IMG/VR virus record: IMGVR_UViG_2630968332_000001
Location: 32,001-96,000 of that record
Reading direction: 5' to 3' (one strand)
DNA length: 64,000 nucleotides
Source: a virus
Lineage: Duplodnaviria > Caudoviricetes
Part shown: positions 9,813 through 18,008 of the stretch, one piece after another
How positions within the stretch are numbered: the first letter of the stretch is position 1
Layout: each line of letters begins with the position of its first letter
Program-made: the position numbers and the translations under genes
The notes under the pieces: model-generated
What the model saw: only the letters and a program-made list of their open reading frames with translations
Database searches by the model: none
Told to the model about the DNA's origin: nothing

Positions 9813-9893
9813 AATCGGATAGCTTAATGGCAGAGCGTACGAGTATGATAACGATACTTGTAAGGTTTGGTGTTCAATTCATCAATCCGATAT
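9813..9893 (+). tRNA. Aberrant tRNA-like element (extended anticodon stem, degenerate T arm)
   Basis: Acceptor ATCGGA/TCCGAT, D arm AGCTTAATGGCAGAGC, 9-bp stem TACGAGTAT/ATACTTGTA, GTTCAATTC loop. Confidence 0.45.
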
Positions 9894-10423
9894 TTGTCAC
9901 AGTGATATTTATTTTACGCATTCACAACGAGTGCCTCCTTGAATTTAAACTTATTTTTCTGAATTATGTATACCTAATCACTGTGACACACCTCCAAGTT
10001 AGATTGGTAGGTGGGTAAAACGGTATTGCCCATCTACATAGGGTTTGGTTAGAATGTTAACTTATAACTCCTTCCGTCCAGAAGTTGCCAAATCCTATGT
10101 AGGTAGACAAAACTTAGTTTGCCTAAACAACTTTTGCAATTCTGAAAAGGATTTGTACTTCCAAATTTTTCTTATAATTGATGATATTCTATGGTTAGTG
10201 TATCTCTAGTCTATTTTGTTAATTACATTAATACTAATTTTAATATCATCTCTTTAAAACTTTTCTTTTATATTATTTTTGTTTTTATCTGTAAATGTCA
10301 GCCCATTAGGGTTGATATATCAGCGAGTAGGCGGTTGACTCTTGATATATTTTTTAAAAACCTTCTTATGTATTTGTATTTTGGCTACTCGTTGATATAT
10401 CTATCTTAATTGGAGGTGCAAAG

Positions 10424-10639
10424 ATGGATAAGCTAAGTAATATGATTGATAGATTTCTCTTGACGAGAACATGGTATGTAATTCAATGGTTGTTCATTAT
10501 GACCGTTGCGTTTGACCTAATCTTTTATAGCTATGGTTTCTGGACTAAGTTATTTTATTTAGCTGGTTTGGCAGCTGGGTTTAGCAATATAAAAGAATGG
10601 CACAAGAAACATATCTATTCTGTTAAGAGAAAACACTAA
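10424..10639 (+). CDS. Small membrane protein
   Basis: SD GGAGGTG; two TM segments, basic C-terminus. Confidence 0.6.
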   Translation: MDKLSNMIDRFLLTRTWYVIQWLFIMTVAFDLIFYSYGFWTKLFYLAGLAAGFSNIKEWHKKHIYSVKRKH

Positions 10640-11004
10640 AACTACATAAGGCAGCTTTGATTGTTGCTAAAGGGAACGGGTTGGTTTTTCACATCCTTTC
10701 AATAAATACAGATAATTAACCCCTATTTACTAATACGATACTGACACAGTTTTTCGTCCCGTTCTCTCTAGGAGCTATTAAAATGCTCTCCCAAAACAAG
10801 TCTACTATATGTTTAGAGTCTAGAGAATAAATGGTAGACATTTGGTATGTAAAATGTTGGACTGTCGGGAACACTATACCACACAAGCTAATATGCGGCT
10901 TTTACATACCACGCTCACAGACTTTAAAGGGAATGTGGGAGCGGATAGGCGAACGCGAATAGTGTAGTTAGTAAACCTATGCGTAATTATTTATCCTAGT
11001 TGGT

Positions 11005-11079
11005 AGTCATGTGGTGTATTCGGGTAACACGCTCGTCCTTGAAACGAGAGCAGTAAGGTTCAAGTCCTTGCTATGACAT
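11005..11079 (+). tRNA. tRNA-Gln(TTG), slightly atypical
   Basis: D arm GTGT..GGTA.ACAC, anticodon arm CTCGT-CCTTGAA-ACGAG, T loop GGTTCAAGTCC. Confidence 0.7.
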
Positions 11080-11182
11080 AGAGGTGGAAACACCTCGAAA
11101 CAAACATTTATTAATTCGTTCATTTTTTATTAGTTGATTAGGTTTTGCGTATTAATCAACACTCCTTTTTAAATTATTTTGG

Positions 11183-11236
11183 TTGCCACAGGTGCAGTAA
11201 AGGTGCATTTTATAGGTTCGACTCCTACTGTGGTAA
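11183..11236 (+). ncRNA. tRNA-like element lacking an anticodon arm
   Basis: TTGCCACAG/CTGTGGTAA stem, GTGCA..TGCAT hairpin, T arm TAGG-TTCGACT-CCTA. Confidence 0.55.
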
Positions 11237-11394
11237 TTGGGGTAGAGCATGACTACCCCGAAAGCACAATAACGGTAAGTGCATAGATTTGTGTAATTTT
11301 TTGACATTGAATCTGAATTAATTCATGAACAGGTTCATTACGACTTACGGATTGGTTCATGATTTAAGATTTCCTCCTTTTGAATTAGAAGGTT

Positions 11395-11454
11395 CGCAAC
11401 GTAGCTCAACTGGTAGAGCAAAGGATGATGTGGGTTCGAGTCCCACCGTTGCAA
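11395..11454 (+). ncRNA. tRNA-like element lacking an anticodon arm
   Basis: Acceptor CGCAACG/CGTTGCA, canonical D arm TAGCTCAACTGGTAGAGC, only 10 nt before T arm GTGGG-TTCGAGT-CCCAC. Confidence 0.7.
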
Positions 11455-11500
11455 TTAGCCAATATGGCTATAAATATACAATAGAAAAGAGGTGAGATAG

Positions 11501-12757
11501 ATGAAGACAATGAGTGAGTTAAAATACCACTATGGCTTGAAGATGTGTATTCACCCTAGCACGAAGCAAAAGCAAATCATTAAGATGAACAGTGATGTAT
11601 CTAGGGCTGTATATAACGCTATGGTTGCGATTGATAAAGAGTTGTATCAACTCAAACAGGTAAAACTACCTATTGATACAATCCAAACACGTATTGCTGA
11701 ATTAGAAAAACGTAAGAAGGCTCAAAACTATTTAGCAACGCACTATACTTACATGAAACACCCTTATATTGATAGTCATTGTCGTTCTATGGCAATGCGT
11801 TCTTATAAAGCTGCATGGAATATGTTTAGAAAAGTTCATAACGTTGGTACACCTAATTTTCATAAGAAAACTTACGAGGAGAAGTATCAAACAAGTGGAA
11901 CTTATACGAGTAAGAAGAAACCAGTTAATATGTGGACTGGCTCAATTAGATTTGTAGACAATAAACATATTAATATTCCTAAGCTGGGTATTATTCGTGT
12001 GAGTGGTTCGTATAGAAAACTACTAGATAATAAAGATGATATTAGAATTGGCACAACTACTATTTCTAAAAATGCTTTTGGTATCTACTACGTTTCTATG
12101 CAGTTGGGTTCAGATACACCTTTTGTTAAAGAATTGCCTAAAACTAATTCTCAAGTTGGAATCGACTTGAATACAGATAACTTCTTAACAACAAGCGAAG
12201 GTAATGTTATAGCTAACCCGAGATTTTATAGAACTATCAAGGGTCGATTGGCTAAAGCACAACGTAAATTATCACGCAGACAAGTTAGAGCCAAGAAAGA
12301 AGGACGCTCCTTACGTGATAGCAAGAATTACCAAAAGCAACGCATAGTGGTATCAAAACTTATGAATAAAGTGCGTAATCAACGTAATAAATTCTTAGAT
12401 GAAATGTCAATAACACTTATCAAGAACCACGATTTGGTTGTGGCTGAAAATCTAAGAAGTAAAAATATGTTGAGAAATCACGCTTTGGCTATGTCTATTA
12501 GTGATGTAGGTTGGAGAACATTCCTACAAAAACTAGAATACAAAGCTGAATTATATGGTAAGACTTTTGTTACTGTAAATCCTAAGAATACTACACAAAC
12601 ATGTAGCGAATGTGGGCATGTTATGGGAACAAAAGATACGGATAAGCTAACACTAAAAGATAGAAGTTGGGCTTGTCCTAGCTGTAATACTTACCATATA
12701 CGTGATGTAAATGCAGCAAAGAATATCCTAGACAAAGGATTAAAACAATTAGCCTAG
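11501..12757 (+). CDS. tnpB: IS200/IS605-family RNA-guided endonuclease TnpB (solo, no tnpA)
   Basis: N-terminal HTH, RuvC-I GIDLN, RuvC-II VAENL, Zn finger CSEC..CPSC, RuvC-III RDVNAAKNI; catalytic D/E/D intact. Confidence 0.93.
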   Translation: MKTMSELKYHYGLKMCIHPSTKQKQIIKMNSDVSRAVYNAMVAIDKELYQLKQVKLPIDTIQTRIAELEKRKKAQNYLATHYTYMKHPYIDSHCRSMAMRSYKAAWNMFRKVHNVGTPNFHKKTYEEKYQTSGTYTSKKKPVNMWTGSIRFVDNKHINIPKLGIIRVSGSYRKLLDNKDDIRIGTTTISKNAFGIYYVSMQLGSDTPFVKELPKTNSQVGIDLNTDNFLTTSEGNVIANPRFYRTIKGRLAKAQRKLSRRQVRAKKEGRSLRDSKNYQKQRIVVSKLMNKVRNQRNKFLDEMSITLIKNHDLVVAENLRSKNMLRNHALAMSISDVGWRTFLQKLEYKAELYGKTFVTVNPKNTTQTCSECGHVMGTKDTDKLTLKDRSWACPSCNTYHIRDVNAAKNILDKGLKQLA

Positions 12758-12936
12758 AAATAGGTAGTCCGTTTGTCTGTTGCGGACTCAAAAGCATTTG
12801 GTAATTACCATGTAAGACCTTTATTTCAGATTTTTCTGATACAAAGGCAACGGTGTATCTAATGAAATTTTGGCAACCCTAAAAAATTAGGAGTTCCCAA
12901 AACCCTAGTACTGTGGGATTTGTTAGTCTGTTTTTA
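12755..12936 (+). ncRNA. omega-RNA/tracr-like scaffold of TnpB
   Basis: Directly 3' of tnpB; hairpin AGTCCGT-ttgtctgtt-GCGGACT; RE-like hairpin CAAAACCC..GGGATTTG. Confidence 0.65.
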
Positions 12937-12938
12937 GT

Positions 12939-13155
12939 GTGTTACCCATATGTGCGTGGGGACAGACTGGAATACGTACAAACGATATACTCAAACTCAA
13001 GGTGTTACCCACATACGTGTGGGGCAGACTACGGCAAGTTTTTTAAAGACAATGAAGAATATGTGTTACCCATATGTGCGTGGGGACAGACTATATGTAG
13101 TTAAGAGTTTAGCGAACAAACGAAAGTGCTACTCATATGTGTCAAAGAACATATA
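12939..13155 (+). CRISPR. CRISPR-like mini-array: 3 repeats plus 1 degenerate, 3 spacers
   Basis: GTGTTACCCATATGTGCGTGGGGACAGACT at 12939-12968 and 13063-13092 (identical), variant 13002-13030, degenerate from 13126; unique spacers of 33, 32 and 33 nt; repeat hairpin. Confidence 0.88.
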
Positions 13156-13165
13156 GCTATATTTA

Positions 13166-13207
13166 CTCACCTCGGTAGTTCTGTTCTGGTTCAACTCCAG
13201 AAGTGAG
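13166..13207 (+). ncRNA. tRNA minihelix-like element (acceptor plus T arm)
   Basis: CTCAC/GTGAG stem stacked on TTCTGG-TTCAACT-CCAGAA. Confidence 0.4.
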
Positions 13208-13214
13208 CTTTGTA

Positions 13215-13612
13215 CCAACTCCTGATACACCTCTAATCAAGGCAAGACCGTTATGCGTCTTTTAATGTAGGACAGGTGCGGTACGGCATCTCATTAGTAC
13301 GTTACTCGAGGGTACGGAAGGTGTTTTGCAAGGGATATACTATGCCAAGTGTGGAGGTTGATTACCTCGCAGCAGATAGCTACTGTTGTCATACGTGCGA
13401 GCTTGGTGTGTGTAGTTAGATGTGCCGATTATTTAGTAAGTTATCTCAAAGTGGCGAGATGACTTTTTCGCTGGGGATAAGCCCAATCGTTTAGATATAT
13501 CCACCAGTTGCTTTAGCCAGTTATCCTCTCGTAGCAGTGGAGTTCTTTCGCCGAACTTGCTAGGGAACAGATTGTTGAGGCGAATGCAATTTAATGTTCG
13601 ATAACTGGTTAT
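13215..13612 (+). ncRNA. Candidate large structured RNA (GOLLD/ROOL-like context)
   Basis: About 400 nt, GC-richer than flanks, no credible ORF, many helices, abuts tRNA-Ser. Confidence 0.6.
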
Positions 13613-13616
13613 ATTT

Positions 13617-13706
13617 GGTAAGTTACTCAAGTTGGTGAAGAGGACTGTTTGCTAAACAGTTAGGTCTGCGATTGTGGACGCAAGGGTTCGAGTCCCTTAC
13701 TTACCG
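13617..13706 (+). tRNA. tRNA-Ser(GCT)
   Basis: GGTAAGT/ACTTACC acceptor, ACTGT-TTGCTAA-ACAGT, long variable arm, AAGGG-TTCGAGT-CCCTT, discriminator G. Confidence 0.92.
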
Positions 13707-14013
13707 TTAACAATTAAATATTAAAATTCGTGTGTATATAGGAACAAATCTGATTGTATTTATAATTTTGGTTTGTACAAACAAAAATCTTATAATATTT
13801 ATAATTATCTTATTGTTTTAGAACAAATTGCGACACCTCCTTTACTAAACCGCCCGCTTTTTGTCCTAACATGCAATTTTTAAAATAAAAGCCTGTGAGT
13901 GAAAGTAGCTACTGTTTTAAGCAAGTGCCCCGCTACTTAAATTTTTAAAAGTGAAATTTTAGCAAAACTAAAGCCAGATTTGTTCCTACATGCACACGAA
14001 TTAGAGAAAGAAG

Positions 14014-14739
14014 TTGGTTAGTATTATTTTCGTGAATGCCCCGATAGGTGCGGGTAAGACAAGCCTAACACGTATGCTCGTTGCAGATTTAGGCACTAAA
14101 GGTTTCTATGAAGAAGTTGATAAGATACCTATGCTCAAAGAGTTTTACGCACAAGGCGAAGAAAGTAGAAATGATTTAAGTTTTGCTTTACAAATCGCCT
14201 TTTTAAATTACCGTTTTGGACAATTACGTGAAGGACTGCATTTGGCTGAACGTGGAATTGTCAATACAGTATATGATAGTTCCTTGATTTCTGACGCTTT
14301 AATGAGTTTTAACTTGTATAAGCGTGGTGAATTTCCAGAAGTTATGTACAATCTTTACGTAAGTTTAAATCAAAATATGGTTTCTGATGTTGCGGGTCAT
14401 CCGTTCAATGGTTATCCAGATTTAATTGTATTCCTAGATATTCCATTTGATTTAATGCTAGACCATATTTCTAAGCGTGGTCGTGATATGGAAGATATAC
14501 GTAAAGACCCTAAGCTAGTAGATTACTATTATTCTGTATGGAACACATACAATTCATGGTACGACAGTTTCGGTCAAGCACCAGTAGTTCGTGTGGATAT
14601 GAGTAAATACGATTTCGTAAACAACTTATCCGACCGTAATACCGTACTTAATCTAATTGAACAAAAACTGGTTGATTTAGGTAAATTAACACAAGATGAG
14701 TTCGATAAAATCAAAGCAAAACGTGATAAGGAGGTGTAG
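14014..14739 (+). CDS. Deoxynucleoside kinase (dNK family)
   Basis: APIGAGKTSL P-loop, FALQIAFL, ISKRGRDME. Confidence 0.88.
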   Translation: MVSIIFVNAPIGAGKTSLTRMLVADLGTKGFYEEVDKIPMLKEFYAQGEESRNDLSFALQIAFLNYRFGQLREGLHLAERGIVNTVYDSSLISDALMSFNLYKRGEFPEVMYNLYVSLNQNMVSDVAGHPFNGYPDLIVFLDIPFDLMLDHISKRGRDMEDIRKDPKLVDYYYSVWNTYNSWYDSFGQAPVVRVDMSKYDFVNNLSDRNTVLNLIEQKLVDLGKLTQDEFDKIKAKRDKEV

Positions 14740-14747
14740 CCGATTTA

Positions 14748-14969
14748 TTGCGTAACATTGAAAAGTTATCTAAACCAATTTATATCATTAAAGGTTTGAG
14801 CGATGATTACTATCATGTAACCACAGATAATACTGCTGATGGTACAGATGTATTGTTTAGTAGCGATAATGGTATTGAGTTATTATCATTCGTTAGTGGT
14901 TATAATATCAACGCTCAAATTAAAATCAATGAAGATGAATTGGAAAATCTAATTACTGAATTATCATAA
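14748..14969 (+). CDS. Hypothetical protein
   Basis: SD AAGGAGGTG. Confidence 0.6.
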   Translation: MRNIEKLSKPIYIIKGLSDDYYHVTTDNTADGTDVLFSSDNGIELLSFVSGYNINAQIKINEDELENLITELS

Positions 14970-14981
14970 GGTAGGTAAACG

Positions 14982-15611
14982 ATGAGTTCAATTAACAAGG
15001 TGTTGTATGGAGATACTAATTATCTCAATACACTTAAAGATAAAGTTAATAAAGTAGTAAACAAAAACTTGAAACAAATCTCTAAAGAAAAGGACGGTGA
15101 CTATATGTTTACAAGCACAAAATTGGTAGAAGCTCCTATGCCTCCAGTCAAAGCATATATTGGTTGTTCATGGTTTAGTGATAAACAAACGGAACATATG
15201 AAAGCTGGGATAGAAGCTATCAAAGCTAACCCTAGTGTAAGTTGGGAATACTCACATTATCCATTGGCACATCAATATAAAGGTATGGACGTGAATAACA
15301 ACCCAGAAATTATGCTTGATAAAGAGTGGCAGATGGCAACTGTATCAGCCGATATTGAAGGAATTAAAGGCTGTGAATTAGGTATTATGCTTTATGTTCC
15401 AAGTGAACCAGATGATGGGCAAGCATGGGAAATGGGTAACTTATACGGACATGGTAAGCAATGTGTTGTAGTTATTCCAGATGATGAAGTACACGAACCA
15501 TTAAATCTTATGGTTGCATGTGGTACAACACGCATTATTAAGTTATCTGAATTAGCTACATTTGATTTCAGACATGTAGTTGCTGATGTCTATGACGGTG
15601 AAGTCTACTAA
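14982..15611 (+). CDS. ndt: Nucleoside 2-deoxyribosyltransferase (start may be 15104)
   Basis: YIGCSWFS, HQYKG, EW..AT...D, DDGQAWEMG, LNLM motifs of Lactobacillus NDT/PDT. Confidence 0.85.
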   Translation: MSSINKVLYGDTNYLNTLKDKVNKVVNKNLKQISKEKDGDYMFTSTKLVEAPMPPVKAYIGCSWFSDKQTEHMKAGIEAIKANPSVSWEYSHYPLAHQYKGMDVNNNPEIMLDKEWQMATVSADIEGIKGCELGIMLYVPSEPDDGQAWEMGNLYGHGKQCVVVIPDDEVHEPLNLMVACGTTRIIKLSELATFDFRHVVADVYDGEVY

Positions 15612-15729
15612 GACCATTCTTACACACCGAAATAAGCAAGTGTTGTTATGATAATCAGACTAGATTGTAATTAGACTATAATAACACTTCGATACATATT
15701 GATACTGATATAAGGAGGGATTAGCTTGT

Positions 15730-16011
15730 TTGAGTAAACAAGTACAGTGGGAATTTATTAAAGGTGAATCATTAGATGGAGAAAAGATTGTGTTCGCACA
15801 TAGCACAAAATACTTGGGACGTGTTGACGCTGCGACATGGAGTCCGAAATGGGCTTTACAACAATCTATCTTTGATGAATATATTTATGTAATTGAAGAT
15901 GAAGATATGAAATTGGTTGATGTATTAGATAAGCATGGCTTGTCAGAACATACATTAATCAAAAACCAAAAAGAGTTCATTGATATGAGTAAGCCAAGAA
16001 CAGAGGTGTAA
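15730..16011 (+). CDS. Hypothetical protein
   Basis: SD AAGGAGG. Confidence 0.6.
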   Translation: MSKQVQWEFIKGESLDGEKIVFAHSTKYLGRVDAATWSPKWALQQSIFDEYIYVIEDEDMKLVDVLDKHGLSEHTLIKNQKEFIDMSKPRTEV

Positions 16012-16015
16012 ATTC

Positions 16016-16399
16016 ATGTACGACCGAGTATTAATGGTTGACGCTAGAACATATGATAGAACTGGCTATATGACAAGTACTACTAGATATACCGTTATTG
16101 ACGACCAAAGTCTAGCAGAAGAAATAGCCGAAGATTTAGCTTTTGAATGTATGAAAGAATTAAATTATCAAATTCGTAGTAATGTTTATGCTGATGATTT
16201 CACGAATGAGGAATACACAGAAGCTGATATGCACAAGAGATATGTTGGCGATGAGGACTTCCCAGAATTGAAGTATATAACTATTGCTGATAAAGACGTA
16301 CCAGATTTCATGAGAGTGGTCGTAGAAATCACTCCATCAACATTAATCAAAGAAAGAGATGATTATTTTTCATTGAAATCATTTCGTGATTATAAATAG
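16016..16399 (+). CDS. Hypothetical acidic protein
   Basis: SD GAGGTG. Confidence 0.65.
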   Translation: MYDRVLMVDARTYDRTGYMTSTTRYTVIDDQSLAEEIAEDLAFECMKELNYQIRSNVYADDFTNEEYTEADMHKRYVGDEDFPELKYITIADKDVPDFMRVVVEITPSTLIKERDDYFSLKSFRDYK

Positions 16400-16469
16400 G
16401 AACGGCAATTCCTAGTCCTAGCGACCGTTTAAGACGGTGGTTAGTCTTGGTTTTTAATAATTAATTAAT

Positions 16470-16500
16470 CCACTAGCTTAGAAATGAGTTAGTGGTTTTT
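16470..16500 (+). terminator. Rho-independent terminator
   Basis: CCACTAGCTT..GAGTTAGTGG plus T run. Confidence 0.65.
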
Positions 16501-16699
16501 GTTTTAAATAGAGTTATTATGCGGTAATTATTTATATAAATCATTAGATAAATCCACTAATTTTAGACTTTACTTATTTTATACAAATTCGATAAAGTTA
16601 TTTCCTATCTTTTCAACAAATCGTATTTGCACCATTTATACTTTATCGAAAAAGTAGTATAATGTATTTAATCAGTAAAGTAGGTTTTGGGGTGGAAAT

Positions 16700-17257
16700 A
16701 TGGTTTACAATTCTAAACCACTTAGAACACAAGCCCAGATAGATGATGTGTTATTCTATTTAAGACGAACTCGTTATCCAGAACGTGATACATTCTTATT
16801 TTTGATTGGAATTAACACTGGGTTAAGATGTTCTGACATAGTGAAACTCAAAATAGGTACTTTAAGACATTCCAAGCGACCAGAAATCACAGAGAAGAAA
16901 ACTGGTAAAAAGAGAACGTTATTCCTAGACAATGTGCAAGATATTGTGCGTGATTATATCGAAGGCAAAGATGATAGTGAGTGGGCATTCCCATCTAGCT
17001 ATGATAAGAGCAAACATATAACGGTGCAGAATGTATATAAACTATTCAAACGAATTGATAATGAATTAGGTGGAATAGGTTTTACCACACACTCTATGAG
17101 AAGGACGTTCGGTTTGTGGTATTATCGTAAGACTAAAAACATATATTACTTGATGGAGTTGTTCAATCATTCCAGTCAAACCATCACCATGAGATATATC
17201 GGTCTTACGGAAGATGAGTTAGGGGACTCTTTAGAAGGGTTCAGAATAGGGTATTAA
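16700..17257 (+). CDS. Tyrosine recombinase (catalytic domain only)
   Basis: TGLRCSD, EKKTG, HSMRR, FNHSS, RYIG give the R-K-H-R-H-Y set. Confidence 0.9.
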   Translation: MVYNSKPLRTQAQIDDVLFYLRRTRYPERDTFLFLIGINTGLRCSDIVKLKIGTLRHSKRPEITEKKTGKKRTLFLDNVQDIVRDYIEGKDDSEWAFPSSYDKSKHITVQNVYKLFKRIDNELGGIGFTTHSMRRTFGLWYYRKTKNIYYLMELFNHSSQTITMRYIGLTEDELGDSLEGFRIGY

Positions 17258-17315
17258 ATAACCCCTATATAATAGGTAGAGTTTTTTCAAAAATTAAGAA
17301 GGGTAGGTAATTAAT

Positions 17316-17417
17316 ATGCGTGATTTGGTTGGTTGCGTAGGTTGTTTGTTCTATATTATTTTAGCTATTTTTAGTATTGGATTGATTATGTTTTCATTCA
17401 TTGAGATGAGTTTGTAG
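17316..17417 (+). CDS. Hydrophobic 33-aa peptide
   Basis: Read manually; SD AAGGGTAGGT; single TM. Confidence 0.45.
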   Translation: MRDLVGCVGCLFYIILAIFSIGLIMFSFIEMSL

Positions 17418-17695
17418 ATGTGTTATAATATAGGTAGCTAATCTGCACAGGAAGATTAGTTTCAAAAGAATATTAAATCGAGTTAAAACTCGTAGTCCCG
17501 CAGCAGTGTGGGGCTTTTTCTTTACAAGCAGATATATTAGTGCTATTATAAACTTGTATGAAGTATAAATTCATAATCTTGTTTTGTGAGATTACTTGAG
17601 CGAGCCTTTCACTTCCACTATTGTTAGGCTTGCTTTTTGTTTATATAAAAAGACCCACCGAAGTGAGTCTTAAGTTTGACATCTAAAACGCTGTA

Positions 17696-17782
17696 TCAAC
17701 GTTTCTTAAAGACGTCATACAACCAGTTTGCAAGCAAACCAGTTATTACACCTATTGCTAGGTTTGTGAGAATGGTAAACAA
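17696..17782 (-). CDS. Type I toxin-like peptide (28 aa, MFTILTNLAIGVITGLLANWLYDVFKKR)
   Basis: Single TM, Trp, basic tail (Fst/Ldr-like pattern); SD hidden in hairpin AAGGGA-GTG-TTCCCTT; own TGgTATAAT promoter and terminator. Confidence 0.7.
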   Translation of the reverse strand: MFTILTNLAIGVITGLLANWLYDVFKKR

Positions 17783-17887
17783 AAGGGAACACTCCCTTCT
17801 TGTGCGTAATTAGAGTTTGGTAGGCTCTAGCACAATATCTATTATACCATTAATTTTGACTTAATGTGCTATCCATAGTATAATACA

Positions 17888-17986
17888 GTTGAGAATGGTA
17901 ATCATAGCAGTGGGAACACTCTTTATGATTTCGGGGCTGGTAACCCCATTTATGACGATTTGGGCGGGACTTAGTTCCGTCCTTTT
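17888..17986 (+). ncRNA. Candidate antitoxin sRNA
   Basis: TTGACT-17-TATAAT promoter (17856-17884); two blocks complementary to the toxin 5' region; terminator GGGCGGGAC..GTTCCGTCC-TTTT. Confidence 0.65.
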
Positions 17987-18008
17987 GTTTATTCAGAGGT
18001 GATTTTAG

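Noticed and set aside
9803-10409. ORFs 9803..10018 and 10191..10409
   Set aside because: They run through tRNA-like and hairpin RNA elements, have no SD and show atypical composition.
13031-13062. Spacer 2 as a match to dnaE (TASFLKTMKN versus HKAFVKTMME)
   Set aside because: Only about 17/32 nt identity and a short peptide resemblance; could be chance. Target unresolved.
12913-13156. ORFs 12913..13104 and 12950..13156 with CYPYVRGDRL repeats
   Set aside because: These are translations of the CRISPR repeats; no SD, and repeat spacing is not consistently in frame.
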